Virus record (IMG/VR): IMGVR_UViG_3300021197_001546
Length of the DNA stretch: 36,713 nucleotides
Origin: an uncultured virus (IMG/VR IMGVR_UViG_3300021197_001546)
Taxonomy: Duplodnaviria; Heunggongvirae; Uroviricota; Caudoviricetes
Reading direction: 5' to 3' (one strand)
Position numbers and translations under genes: made by a program. This document shows, piece by piece, positions 21,401 to 31,359 of this stretch. The notes beneath the pieces were generated by a model. That model was given only the letters and a program-made list of their open reading frames with translations. It ran no database searches and was not told the DNA's origin. Every line of letters starts with the position of its first letter. Position 1 is the first letter of the stretch.

Positions 21401-22193
21401 TTGTATAATTTCCGTTGGTTGCCATGTACACAACATTACCAAAAGCAAATCCGTGTCCCGATTGATCTACGGTAATTTTATTCGCACCGTTAGCAATTGA
21501 GACATAACCATCATCATCAATTCTCATGACATCGGAAGAATGACCCGCCGCTATTGATGTATTAAACGTTCGGAATAGAGTGTCTGATCCTGTAGTTCCC
21601 GCCGTAGTACCAGCAGTGAATCCTATGATGAGACCCTTGGGAGCAGTTCCTCCTGATGCACCAGTAGCAAAACGAATGTCCGTTTGACCAAGAATTGATT
21701 TACCAGTTCCCAATGAGATATTTTGATTGGTATTCCATGCGGCGTTTGAGTATTTCCAGAGAAACTCTTTGTCTCCCGAACCACCCTGAATGATCATACC
21801 ACCACCAGCACTGTTCCCCGATGCATTCATGATTGTGTCATCATCGGCGGAAACGCCTGTTGCACCTAAGACAATATTGTAATCATCGACTGAAAAATTA
21901 GTGGAGTTGATTGTTGTGGTTGAACCATTTACCGTGACATTACCATTGAATGTAATATCTTTATCGATAGTTGAACCGACCTCAATAAAAAGATTCCCGC
22001 TGGTGTCTGTCCCAGCAGAAATACCATCACCAACAACGGATCCTTGACCCGATATAGAAACACTACCGAGTTGGTAGAGTTTCATTAGATTTAATTTTTC
22101 GATGATCGAATTGTTCGTGACAGTGTACCACTCATAAAAAGTGTCACTCAGAACAAGATCTGGAATTTGGTAAGTATTTGTTTCAACGCCCAT
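18495..22193 (-). CDS. Multi-domain tail fibre protein (two repeats, tail collar, inserted domain, carbohydrate-binding-like domain)
   Basis: N-terminal SDTFYEWYTVTN attachment-type motif and fibre motif FNGNVTVNGSTTTINST. Collar: VPVGAIIPY...GYLVCEG...LPDLRDRF...MPSHNH...HENRPPYYALVYLIR. C-terminal domain: KNLLINGNFNLWQR...QVQVEEG...ELTLAQRYY. Confidence 0.8.
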   Translation of the reverse strand: MGVETNTYQIPDLVLSDTFYEWYTVTNNSIIEKLNLMKLYQLGSVSISGQGSVVGDGISAGTDTSGNLFIEVGSTIDKDITFNGNVTVNGSTTTINSTNFSVDDYNIVLGATGVSADDDTIMNASGNSAGGGMIIQGGSGDKEFLWKYSNAAWNTNQNISLGTGKSILGQTDIRFATGASGGTAPKGLIIGFTAGTTAGTTGSDTLFRTFNTSIAAGHSSDVMRIDDDGYVSIANGANKITVDQSGHGFAFGNVVYMATNGNYTKALADSPTTAEAVGVVSRILTNDRFEITTQGEIVGNFSGVSDESATLVAGSAYFVSTSTSGNITGVKPVSNGDIQKTIIIGLTGDRGFVKNYIGGEVSLINQASQALTSNKIFVTQASHGFTAGDAVYSTNTSGNFSRGIALPNDTENTSDIVGIVEEIGIGGDANTFSLVMSGKFSLVNAVALVPGDIYYLKDSTPTNAPNITNNRLVTDGTIDKPLFIATDTDQGIVSIQRGVLLESEVEDDIITDVPVGAIIPYHGLASTSSAPDGYLVCEGQSVSKSDYSALYSRLQETILLTDLDDPINPSNFILPDLRDRFIVASGNSYNVGDSGGEDNVTLTVNQMPSHNHGVGRTNTQDTSSSGSGFDQSPDSGTETNTSPTGGGQSHENRPPYYALVYLIRAAGVNPLTDGTQILGGDLERIPIDDSQWDWTVNNGENFGFSGTRDFSVSYGGRIMTSNRTGNQVIDSGSANPPIEGMNTTPTPDVRFVSYDLQVPLESILPSSTNIELVRELELGSFHDNDFTDGYVFIKGNNESSYRHVSTSGLANSEGRSFNFTINPGTSSIQIKFVYRAYEDNSRYQSDSGDGIGLWITGFRQVSDNTIIRERKSYTDRKNLLINGNFNLWQRAVGTDSAFTGDGSVYFADRWVRTSSVTSPSGSKIERDNFSLSQTIVPNNPRYYTKITTPTSSGFASTTEGKYGLEQRIEDVRTLAGKNMTISFWAKSSTIGSVAVGYSRFYGGAGSNRDGTILKTVGVGPNWQKYVLTTYVPPIPNGKAEQTDSNGYDNSFFAVSIFSQLRSGVLGNDTGSNIDLGGNSVLEVAQVQVEEGARATEFEILAPGAELTLAQRYYNKSLAPHLAPTTSGFPSKVAFTELSINHTASVDIDFPVQMRAIPGCSIYGSAGTENTIHLAQFSTTNLLPNLSSGTAADIAVTSKLSSHRGIHSITIEDDGNAHYYVTAHCNYTASAEL

Positions 22194-22374
22194 TTTCGAT
22201 TAATCTCTCTAATAATAGTTTGACTTGAGCCATCTCGTCCCTCATACTATTTAGTTCATTTTCAATCCGCTTCAATTTTCTTCTTGTTTTTATCTCAGAC
22301 GATTCTGTGTATAGAATGGCGCCTGTATTTTCATCACGCATTAGATCCGATCTATTTTCTATCTTGGTTATCAT
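22183..22374 (-). CDS. Small coiled-coil protein downstream of the VrlC-like gene
   Basis: 63 aa with LMRDENTGAIL followed by a heptad helix. It overlaps both neighbours, and I recall a similar small gene following vrlC-like genes in marine T4-like phages. Confidence 0.7.
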   Translation of the reverse strand: MITKIENRSDLMRDENTGAILYTESSEIKTRRKLKRIENELNSMRDEMAQVKLLLERLIENGR

Positions 22375-25300
22375 GATTCGAGCGCCACTACTCGTAAGGA
22401 TTTGACCACAGGTACGACATTGGTGTCGCTACTATAGAGGCAGACTTTGACACTGAATATGTCGAATGGTGTAACCGAAGAGGAACGGAACTCTTCTGTA
22501 ATCACCTCGTTGGTGTCAGAAGAAAATTCACTTCTGAGAAGGTTTAGTTTCATGTAAGGTAGTTGGTCAATCCCAGCACCGTCACCCTTCTTTTTCATCT
22601 TCGCATAGACTTCGATTGTGTTCGGATCAAACTTTACTGCATCAACAAACACTCGTAGTCTGTTTGCTGATTGGTTATCTGCCAAAGATACTCTCTTTGT
22701 GATATAACGAGCGGAACAACCTGAATCTGTCCCTGAAGGATTGAGATCGTCAAACGATCCTTTGTTGTTGTTAATTATATTTTCTATTTCCAAGAAGTTC
22801 GTCGCGTTAGAATCAAACATTGGACTAACTTCAGTTTCGGAACTTGACATAGTTACGGTGACACTGGTGCTTTCACTCTGACTGATAGTTTCTGCTGAGG
22901 GTAAAACTATGTTTTCGTTTTCGATGACAGAGCCGTTGGTGACAGAATACAATGCACTCTTGCTTGTGCCTGACGGAGTGAGTAATGTTCCACACCAACG
23001 AACAAGGTTAGCAGTATGATCTGAACCTGAATTTGTTGATGTCAGAGTAAAAGATCTGGACGAACCTGAATTTTCAAAAACACAGTTTTTCATGCTAAAC
23101 ATTAGATCTCTGGTGTAATCTGGTTCAGAAATATTTGTGTTTTGCGGATGGAAAAGTTTACCACCATAAACTGGTTTCTGGATTCTGTTGCCAGATCCAA
23201 GTTCAGAATTTCCTGTAGTGGCAGTATAGACTTCGTAGTCACTGCTATTGGACGCAATACACAGAGAATATTCACCAGGCTCTAAGAAGATTGGAGAATC
23301 GAAAACCACTTCTGTTTTCGCTGTGGGACTGTTCGCGTCTACCGTGATACTATCAGGGTAAATAACTTTTTCAGAGAAAGGAACGATAGCAGAAGGGTGC
23401 GGGTATCCGTTTTTTGTTGGTCTAATTTGAACGGTTACTGGTAATGTCGAATCTTTATTGGCAAAGTATAAACACACATTCTGAAGAAAAATGCCCTTTG
23501 GATTTTTTGATTCTTCTACAAAGAATGTTTGAGATAGTGGATCTAACCACTGATATTTCGAACCTGTTCTTAGGACTTTCTTTCTCGTATTCACATCAGA
23601 AGGAATCGAACTACTTGTTACAGTTTGCTTCCTTCGAATGACTGGACGAACAGAGGAAACGCCTTGTGATTGAGTTTCATAAATTCCCTGTGAGCGTAGC
23701 ATAGTTTCCGCAACTGTGTTCGCCGTGGAAAGATCATTTTCTGTATCGATGAATCTCAGAACTCTATTTCCTGTCAGAATTTTCTGCGAGGGGACCGATA
23801 AAGTTAATCCTGTAAGTTGTCCGCTATTGTCTGTTGTTAAGGTTCCCGATACATTTTCAGTTACATTTGTGTTGTCAATGTAAACATTGAGATCGGTGTT
23901 CGGTTTGAGGTTGTGAACGTTGATGGCAATATCCCTTGATCTCATGTAAGGGACAACACTAAGATCAACAACTTTATTCTTCAGACTCTTTACTATGTGA
24001 TCGGGGAACGATTCAATCTTCGGTGAGATGTCGTCGATTCTTTGTTCGATACTCTTTGTTCTTCTCTCGATTGTCACATCTTGTTGGAAATGTGATCGGA
24101 TAGTATTTAATTTATCATTGGAGTTTGGAACAGATAAAAGTTTATTCAGTTTGCTCGGATTTACTGTTTTGTCGGCAGCAATACCAGACCAAATGGCTTC
24201 CCAATCATTCCATTGTGTGCCGAATCCTACTTTGCTATCGTCGTAGGAAGTAGCAATCCACGCATCGTTTTCTCCCAGTACATTGGTTTTGACTAATGGT
24301 CGGGACAACTCATCGAACCACATATCGATTTCATCATTAACTTCGACATTACCAACCCAATTGGTTAGTTGATATGGGTTGACTGTGATAGTCTCGCTGG
24401 CGCTTAGTTGTTCCGCGAAGGTTGTACCTGCTTCAGAATAGTCTAGTGTGATTATACCGTTAGGGTGTAGTTTAACATTTTCGCCGATATTATCAACAGA
24501 GGGAGTATAGTTGTATACACTAAAAGAAGGACGAAGAGACTTAGATTGGAAATCGATGGAACACTTATAGTCTTCATTGGAAACATCTCCTACATTATGT
24601 CCCTTGAAGTCATCAACCAGAACGGCCTTCTTTTCCAATTCTTCTCCGCCGTCACCTACAAAACCGATCGCGTCGATTTTAGATTCGATGTTGGTCAGCG
24701 AACTGAGAACTTCAATTTTTTCTAATCTCTTGTCCACATCACCAATTTCTTTCATGGTGTATCGTTTGTGTGAAACCCCCTCGACTTCGATATCATTCAC
24801 ATTATGTGTATATGCAGGAATAATTAATCGGTATAGTGTCAGCGAGTTTTCTTCATCGGCTGGAGTTTCGGGAGACAATGACGATTTGCCAGTAATGACT
24901 TTGAACTTCGTTACTTCGTCGTTTACGTCTCGCTGGAGAACAACCTTGTCAATTCTAGGCAGGTAGTACTCATGTCCAACTTTAAGAACATCATTTTCCC
25001 TCAGCGAGTCGATCTGAAATACTGGAACTGTTGATGAACTAAGAACTCTTTCAGATGTGGGGACACCTGGCGTTGTTTCGTCACCGTCCACCGATGCGTT
25101 TCTGTCGTAGTCTCTTATGAATCTGAAATCTACACATGATGTCAGGGATACAGTTTTTCCCTCTACTTGACTGGTGTATACGGGAATATCTTCATACTTG
25201 AACGTATCATCTGCCGATAGAGAATTTTCATATACGTTGTTTATCGGATAAGAATCTACAGTGACGAAACCATATTTGCCAGAGTGTTCAAAGTAATCGT

Positions 25301-27335
25301 AATCTATCACCAAGGAGAATTCAAAATTACCCTCTTCGTTTTTATATTTACTCTCTGAGGTTTGTGTGAAGTATAGTCTACCGAATTCGTAGGAATAATC
25401 TCTTTGACCGTTATCGAAAGTAAAATCTGAAATTACCGAAGTGTCGGCAACTACGTCATCTCTTGTATCATCGGAAGTTATCTTCACCGTTCTGATTCTT
25501 ATAGCATCCGATCTACCTAATTCGATAAAAGATCTGCCTGCACTGTCGGTGTCAATATCCGATGCATTAACTGTCAGGACTTCATTTTTAAGAATCTTAT
25601 TTCTTATGTTAGATTGATAGTCGGCATTGTGCTTGAATTCTACGGTTGCAATCATAACATAAGAAGTGTTAGCCGAACCTGTGACCTGTAAAACATCGCC
25701 GAAGTTTTTGATCGAAAGTCCCTGAATTTCACTTCTGGTGGGAGGATCTTGTGTGTCCAATTTGAAAACATGATAGTAAGTATCTCGGAAATCAGACTCC
25801 AAGATACTACCACCCTCACTCAGATCACCGACAAACGAGAAGGACGCAGGATCAAGTCCAACTGGATCAGCCGATGAAAGTGGAACGATTGAATTACCTA
25901 ACGTGTCAGTTGTAAATGTCAGTGTTACTCTAGAACGAACACTCATGTCATTGATAGTTTTTACTGCCGAACCCTTTTCTACAGGGAAAAGCAAAGATGC
26001 ATTTGACGCGGTGAAAGAAACACCAGTCGCCTCCGCAAACTTCTGTGTACCTGTTTCGTCAAACGAAAGAGCAATATTACCGGCAATTCTTTCGTTGTCG
26101 TTCAGATCAATATCCATAAGATAAAATCTATAAAATCCATTATCCAGATCTGCCGTTTGAATAGAAATCAATTTTGCCGTACCAATTAATCTAGAACCAT
26201 TCATTATATAAATCGTGGCGGGTTCAGTTATACCCTTCCCGTCAGAAAGAATGCTGTAAAGAGTCGTTGGTAAAGTAGAGGTGAATTGGAGATCTACAAA
26301 CGATCCTAAATCGTATGGTCTCAATGTACTCAATGATCTTTGTTCTGTTAATCTTGCTCTATCAATATCAATAAACTCTGTTGATTGGTTTTCGAACTCA
26401 TACCCAAAGAGATATGACTTTCCTGTTCCAAGACCCAGAGTCATCTTTGTATTGTCTGTTGAATGATCCAGTAGATCTATTTCGAAAGGATCTACGATGT
26501 AAGATCCCGATTCGTCGAAAGTTCTTCTGGCCAGAGTAGTCTCTAATTCAGAATAGTCACTGTAAACTACTTGATTCGTGATGTCGCCGTTACTGGTAAC
26601 AGATGCCAGAGGAATAAAATTATCTCTAACCGAACTCTTATGGAAATTCAGATTTAATGATAATTGATATCTATCAGCGCCTGGTGCGTTGTAGTTATAA
26701 GATCCCGTTGACGGATCAAGTAGTGTGATGTCCGAACTGGAACCGACATAATTTCTTTCGATGTCGAATCCATAGAATCCCTCTCCTGTCAATCCGCTCG
26801 AATCAATATTCGCAGAGTATTGATTGCTAGTGCGAGCAAAGAAACCATCGACGTAAAAGATGCCTTCGGAAACCGAGAATAACTTTGTTTGTCCCGTGGC
26901 TGAAATGGTAGCCGTGGCCGATATACCAACAATCGACGAAGTTACAGTTCCCGATGTAGCAAGAACTCCCCGAACAACCTGAACAAAAAGATATGTGTTT
27001 TCGTTAATGACCTCTGCGTATATGACCTTCGCGGAAAAATCATCTTCCCCCGTTATTTCGTAACCAATAAACGATGACAGATCTGCCGTTGTTGTTACTG
27101 TCAGAAAATCAACAGATTGGTATGCACTTTCTCCGCCATAAACTTTAGAGCCATCTTTAAAGATGTGATTACCCAGTCGCTCTACCTGACTTTGTAAAAT
27201 AGTCTGGACTTGCGACAGTTCTCTTGCTTGTACTGCATAACCTGGCCTGAAAAGAATCTTTTGATAATTTTTGGTCTCATCAAAATCATCGTAATAAGGC
27301 TCAATGTTGAAAAGATCTGAATTGTACGATGGCAT
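22371..27335 (-). CDS. Large baseplate-associated virion protein, VrlC/DUF4815-like
   Basis: 1654 aa with PYYDDFD...ILFRPGYAVQARELSQVQTILQ, NYNAPGADRY, LARRTFDESGSY, YYLPRIDK, RYTMKEIG, DPLSQTF and ARYITK. Confidence 0.88.
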   Translation of the reverse strand: MPSYNSDLFNIEPYYDDFDETKNYQKILFRPGYAVQARELSQVQTILQSQVERLGNHIFKDGSKVYGGESAYQSVDFLTVTTTADLSSFIGYEITGEDDFSAKVIYAEVINENTYLFVQVVRGVLATSGTVTSSIVGISATATISATGQTKLFSVSEGIFYVDGFFARTSNQYSANIDSSGLTGEGFYGFDIERNYVGSSSDITLLDPSTGSYNYNAPGADRYQLSLNLNFHKSSVRDNFIPLASVTSNGDITNQVVYSDYSELETTLARRTFDESGSYIVDPFEIDLLDHSTDNTKMTLGLGTGKSYLFGYEFENQSTEFIDIDRARLTEQRSLSTLRPYDLGSFVDLQFTSTLPTTLYSILSDGKGITEPATIYIMNGSRLIGTAKLISIQTADLDNGFYRFYLMDIDLNDNERIAGNIALSFDETGTQKFAEATGVSFTASNASLLFPVEKGSAVKTINDMSVRSRVTLTFTTDTLGNSIVPLSSADPVGLDPASFSFVGDLSEGGSILESDFRDTYYHVFKLDTQDPPTRSEIQGLSIKNFGDVLQVTGSANTSYVMIATVEFKHNADYQSNIRNKILKNEVLTVNASDIDTDSAGRSFIELGRSDAIRIRTVKITSDDTRDDVVADTSVISDFTFDNGQRDYSYEFGRLYFTQTSESKYKNEEGNFEFSLVIDYDYFEHSGKYGFVTVDSYPINNVYENSLSADDTFKYEDIPVYTSQVEGKTVSLTSCVDFRFIRDYDRNASVDGDETTPGVPTSERVLSSSTVPVFQIDSLRENDVLKVGHEYYLPRIDKVVLQRDVNDEVTKFKVITGKSSLSPETPADEENSLTLYRLIIPAYTHNVNDIEVEGVSHKRYTMKEIGDVDKRLEKIEVLSSLTNIESKIDAIGFVGDGGEELEKKAVLVDDFKGHNVGDVSNEDYKCSIDFQSKSLRPSFSVYNYTPSVDNIGENVKLHPNGIITLDYSEAGTTFAEQLSASETITVNPYQLTNWVGNVEVNDEIDMWFDELSRPLVKTNVLGENDAWIATSYDDSKVGFGTQWNDWEAIWSGIAADKTVNPSKLNKLLSVPNSNDKLNTIRSHFQQDVTIERRTKSIEQRIDDISPKIESFPDHIVKSLKNKVVDLSVVPYMRSRDIAINVHNLKPNTDLNVYIDNTNVTENVSGTLTTDNSGQLTGLTLSVPSQKILTGNRVLRFIDTENDLSTANTVAETMLRSQGIYETQSQGVSSVRPVIRRKQTVTSSSIPSDVNTRKKVLRTGSKYQWLDPLSQTFFVEESKNPKGIFLQNVCLYFANKDSTLPVTVQIRPTKNGYPHPSAIVPFSEKVIYPDSITVDANSPTAKTEVVFDSPIFLEPGEYSLCIASNSSDYEVYTATTGNSELGSGNRIQKPVYGGKLFHPQNTNISEPDYTRDLMFSMKNCVFENSGSSRSFTLTSTNSGSDHTANLVRWCGTLLTPSGTSKSALYSVTNGSVIENENIVLPSAETISQSESTSVTVTMSSSETEVSPMFDSNATNFLEIENIINNNKGSFDDLNPSGTDSGCSARYITKRVSLADNQSANRLRVFVDAVKFDPNTIEVYAKMKKKGDGAGIDQLPYMKLNLLRSEFSSDTNEVITEEFRSSSVTPFDIFSVKVCLYSSDTNVVPVVKSLRVVALES

Positions 27336-27345
27336 TCAATGCTCC

Positions 27346-29580
27346 TTAGAATCCAATAGAGATTCGGAATTCTTCTCTTTGTCTCTTTTGTCTTGATATA
27401 GGTCTTATGTTCTGTATGTATAACACCTCACCTGAACCTTTGACTAGATCGGGTTCGATTACCGACTGAATCTGGTAATTTCCGTCTGGACTGGCAAATG
27501 TGTTTCCGTTGGTGAATCCGCCTGCTGTGTTAGTAACAACCAACTCTCCTGTAGTTCCACTTGTTGCAACCCAAGATGCAACGTTTGCAGTAGTAAATAT
27601 TCTACTATTCTCTTGTGTGATCCCATCGTCTAATGTGAACGATGAACTGGTAAATGAACCGCCACCATCCTGAACGACTAAAGTTGTTGTTGTTTTATAA
27701 ACAGGAATTTCAGATGTTTCTATAAAGGTATCAGACCCGATGGATATTCTGGCTATTTGTGTAGTAGATGACAGTTTGTTAAACGATCCAGATGTGGTCC
27801 CAAATGTTCCGATGATCTCGCCGCCCTCGTCTTCGAGATTCTGGTAATCTGAATGGTGACTGAGAGAAGACTGACCGATTATTGGTTGAGTTGTTCCTGT
27901 GGTGAAAGGGATCGCAGTGATGCTTCCAGTTGCAGCAAGTCGCAGAACTAATTCTCTAGCGGAAGGATCCCAATACCTAACCACTCCTTCTGCTGTGGAT
28001 CCTTGTACATCATTAAACTGTTTGACTGTCTCGTACAGAGCATAGTCGCCAGAGGCACCACTTGCACCAAAGTTGATTCTTATATTCTGATTTACCTTGC
28101 TGGGAAGATTGAAGGTGGATGATGGATTTTTCAGAATAAGTTTTCCGCCTTGGCGATCATCATTCAATTTCCATGAATCAATATCTGCTACAGTTTTTGA
28201 TTCGAAACCGTATACCTTTTCACCTAGCGTAAAAGTTGGGTTGCTTCCTGTGTCGAAATACTCTTCCGCTGAAATACCAAAAGGCTTTCGTATTTCTAAT
28301 GATGTTTTTCTGTCGTATTCACTCCCAGCAATTCTTTCGGAATTGTCGTTTAGTATAGGATTTTTAACAATACCAAATTGACGGAAATCGTTGACATCAA
28401 TAATTTGTGGTTGGTTCTCTATGTTCTCATTAAGAAGGCGGATCATCAATCTGGAGGTATCAAATTCATTTATGATATTGGATCCGTGACCTCCTTTTGG
28501 TCCGATCTGAACATCCGCAGTTGGTAAAGATCCAGATGATCTGGTAGTCGGGAACGTAGCAAAAGCATATTTGTATTCGGAACCACCATCAATTATAGAA
28601 ACGCTACTGGGTTTATTGTCTGCATCTACACCCACATATGCCTTTGCTCCCGAGCCGTCACCGTGAATCAAAATTTCAGGGAATATTTGTACCTGTGAGG
28701 GGTTATCATTCCCTTTACCGAATACGGTTTGATCTAGTGCAGTATCTAAAGTTATTTCTCTTGTCGATGCATTATATGCCGATATTCTTCTTAGTTGACC
28801 TATCTCTGCACCCTGTCCACCCGAAACATACAATACATATCCAACATATGCACCTGCATCTGTGGAAATGCTGGTGTTGTCGTCGGGAAGGAAACATCCA
28901 GTAGATCCCGCTAAAGAATCGTTTTTTAGTTCTAATGCCGATCTAAGTGTATATTCGTATACTGCATCATTCGAAGTAACCTCTACTTTATAAATCAAAC
29001 CGTCTACAGCCTTGGACTGGACTTCATATTGTAATTGACCAACACTGTCATCCGTTTTTTCTGATATAGAAACAGGCATATATTCGTCAGTGAGAATCTC
29101 TTTTTGGTTTTCATTTAACTTATACATGAATTGCCATTTGTATCCATCACTGCTAGTGAAGATATACGTTCCCGTAAAGGATGGCTTTTCTGTACTGGAC
29201 GCGGAACTGTTATTGTCTATGCACTTATATACCCGATCTCCGTCTACTAAAACATAATACTTTTTTACGGAACTTGTGTCATGGAGATCAACCGAATCGT
29301 CGTATTGATCATAGACTGTACCTGTTGTCCAATTAATTCTAGGAACAACAAAAGCACAATTTCTTTCGTCAATTTTAATTGCGAATAGTGAATTTCTCAA
29401 AGCAGAAAAATGTTCGGACACCGAGTCTACAACAGTCGGAGGAGTTGTATCGTCGCCCCATGCTGTTGGTTTTCCAAAGAATAGAAAATAATTATCCTTC
29501 GAAAGTGGATCGAATGAACCTACCAATTTTTTTGCAAAGTCGGTTCTGAACTTGTTTTGTAGGGCATCAGTTAACGACAT
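27346..29580 (-). CDS. gp8: Baseplate wedge protein, gp8-like (expanded, 744 aa)
   Basis: VPRINWTTGTVYDQY, VYKCIDN, DGYKWQFMY, PKGGHG, DFRQFGIVKNP and the C-terminal SGEVLYIQNIRPISR. Confidence 0.88.
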   Translation of the reverse strand: MSLTDALQNKFRTDFAKKLVGSFDPLSKDNYFLFFGKPTAWGDDTTPPTVVDSVSEHFSALRNSLFAIKIDERNCAFVVPRINWTTGTVYDQYDDSVDLHDTSSVKKYYVLVDGDRVYKCIDNNSSASSTEKPSFTGTYIFTSSDGYKWQFMYKLNENQKEILTDEYMPVSISEKTDDSVGQLQYEVQSKAVDGLIYKVEVTSNDAVYEYTLRSALELKNDSLAGSTGCFLPDDNTSISTDAGAYVGYVLYVSGGQGAEIGQLRRISAYNASTREITLDTALDQTVFGKGNDNPSQVQIFPEILIHGDGSGAKAYVGVDADNKPSSVSIIDGGSEYKYAFATFPTTRSSGSLPTADVQIGPKGGHGSNIINEFDTSRLMIRLLNENIENQPQIIDVNDFRQFGIVKNPILNDNSERIAGSEYDRKTSLEIRKPFGISAEEYFDTGSNPTFTLGEKVYGFESKTVADIDSWKLNDDRQGGKLILKNPSSTFNLPSKVNQNIRINFGASGASGDYALYETVKQFNDVQGSTAEGVVRYWDPSARELVLRLAATGSITAIPFTTGTTQPIIGQSSLSHHSDYQNLEDEGGEIIGTFGTTSGSFNKLSSTTQIARISIGSDTFIETSEIPVYKTTTTLVVQDGGGSFTSSSFTLDDGITQENSRIFTTANVASWVATSGTTGELVVTNTAGGFTNGNTFASPDGNYQIQSVIEPDLVKGSGEVLYIQNIRPISRQKRQREEFRISIGF

Positions 29581-29589
29581 TTACTTTCC

Positions 29590-31356
29590 TCATGGGTTGG
29601 GACTCTCTGATGTTGTTCCGTAGGAATAACTGTAATATTCATCCAATGTTCCACCGTCAGCCGTGCTTCCCAGATATGGGAACTGCGGAGAAGACCAGGT
29701 AGAGTATGTAGGGTTAGAATGAAAATGCTCACCGACAGGAATGAAGAAAAACGGATCCAATGTGATCCCACCAAAAGAGATTCCAGCAGGAATTGTGTTC
29801 AACCCTCTCACATTGGGATGATGATACACTGGAAAGAAATTCAGATCTAAATTCTGAGCCGCAGTATACCCTTCTGCTCCCGCAGTTCCTAGCGGACCTG
29901 TTATACCTGTCCCGACAACGTGTGCGGTTATCCCGGCTTCTGGGACTGTTCCTATCGTTGCCCCATTTGCCGTAACTCCAGTGAAACCAGGCGCGAATCC
30001 GTTAGGATACAAATCCACACTAGTTCCACTCGTCGAATTATTCGATCTTAAATCTTGCGTTGTACCAACGGTGTAGGGGGTGTAATTGCCGATCATCGAC
30101 AGTTCGTGTATTGCAGTTTGGCTATGAAAAGGAAGATCGCTGGACAAATCTTTGGTCAAAAGAACATCACCGAAAACTTTAAATCCAGCGGGGTGAATCA
30201 GTGCCTTTAGTGCATCTTGATATTTTTTCAGTGATAGATTTGTTTTGAGGACGTAAGAAAATCGTTGATAGTAATCTCCGTCCTGCAATTTCTTTCTTGA
30301 ACTTAACTTCCCTCCGTCGTCGTAGAAAAATCCATCATATTCAGCGATAGCCTTAGTTCTAGCAATACCAATTCCGCCATCTCCTGTTTCAGATTCAATA
30401 CCGAAACCTATATCTTCCGTGTAGTTTGTTCCATGATCAAGAATTGTAATGTCCAAGATTCGTCCTAAGTTGTCTACTCTGGCAACTTTTGCAGCAGCAC
30501 CCACACCCGTTGTATTATCGATGATGGTAATATTGTCGTTGATTCTGTATCCAGATCCAGAACTGGTAATTTCAAAGTCGCCAATTAAACTGAAGATTGT
30601 TTCAGTTAGTTTTGATCCAGAGGTAAGTTCACATTCTACTTTTCTACCACCAAAGAAGTTTCCTTGTATATTGTCTAGGAATAGTTCAGTGATGGTGTAT
30701 GGGAATATATCATACTGGACTACATCAACAACAGTTGCGGTAGCATCATTGATTTCACCAGAAAGATTTTTTTGATTTATCCCTCTTCCCTTCATACCAA
30801 AAACATCTGATCCATTAGAAGAAGTAACCCGAATAGATTTTTTCTCTATCCAATTACCACCTGAGGATTCGAGCATATCAGCACGGGGATAATAAAATTC
30901 AACTATACTATTATAAAAGGCATGAAAGAAAAACTCAAACGATTTTTCAGAGCCCTTTGTTTTATAGAAATCTTGAATGTTCTTGAGTAATTCTTTTCGG
31001 TTGATAAAATTTCCCGACAGATCGGTCTCAAAAACTCGGGGAACATTTTTCATAAACCTGTCTTCGAATGATTCAACGAACTGCGTGAGTGTTTTTTCTA
31101 TGTCTGTGTAGTCATTCAGCATCAGAGTTCTCTCTGTTGCGTTTCCCTCATTCTCCATCCACTCGTAATACGCTTCCAAAAAAGCAACGAAATTAGGATG
31201 ATCTAAGTTCACAAAATCAGGAACTTGACTTTGAATCAGAGGAGAAATACCCTCCATTAGTCTTTTGGTTCTTTCTGGTAGAGGAACCAACTCTCCATTC
31301 ACATAAACTGTGGTTGGTCCTCCTGTGCTGCCTCGTAGAAGTAAAGATAATGACAT
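29590..31356 (-). CDS. gp7: Baseplate wedge protein, gp7-like (short form)
   Basis: QVPDFV...FVAFLEAYYEW, FYKTKGSEKSFEFFF and LQDGDYYQRFSYVLK...IHPAGFKVFG. It lies between gp6 and gp8. Confidence 0.75.
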   Translation of the reverse strand: MSLSLLLRGSTGGPTTVYVNGELVPLPERTKRLMEGISPLIQSQVPDFVNLDHPNFVAFLEAYYEWMENEGNATERTLMLNDYTDIEKTLTQFVESFEDRFMKNVPRVFETDLSGNFINRKELLKNIQDFYKTKGSEKSFEFFFHAFYNSIVEFYYPRADMLESSGGNWIEKKSIRVTSSNGSDVFGMKGRGINQKNLSGEINDATATVVDVVQYDIFPYTITELFLDNIQGNFFGGRKVECELTSGSKLTETIFSLIGDFEITSSGSGYRINDNITIIDNTTGVGAAAKVARVDNLGRILDITILDHGTNYTEDIGFGIESETGDGGIGIARTKAIAEYDGFFYDDGGKLSSRKKLQDGDYYQRFSYVLKTNLSLKKYQDALKALIHPAGFKVFGDVLLTKDLSSDLPFHSQTAIHELSMIGNYTPYTVGTTQDLRSNNSTSGTSVDLYPNGFAPGFTGVTANGATIGTVPEAGITAHVVGTGITGPLGTAGAEGYTAAQNLDLNFFPVYHHPNVRGLNTIPAGISFGGITLDPFFFIPVGEHFHSNPTYSTWSSPQFPYLGSTADGGTLDEYYSYSYGTTSESPNP

Positions 31357-31359
31357 TGA

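Noticed and set aside
10494..22193. Diversity-generating retroelement or invertible fibre cassette
   Set aside because: No reverse transcriptase or recombinase is present, and I saw no near-identical DNA repeat pair. The paralogy is evident only at protein level. A template outside the window cannot be excluded.
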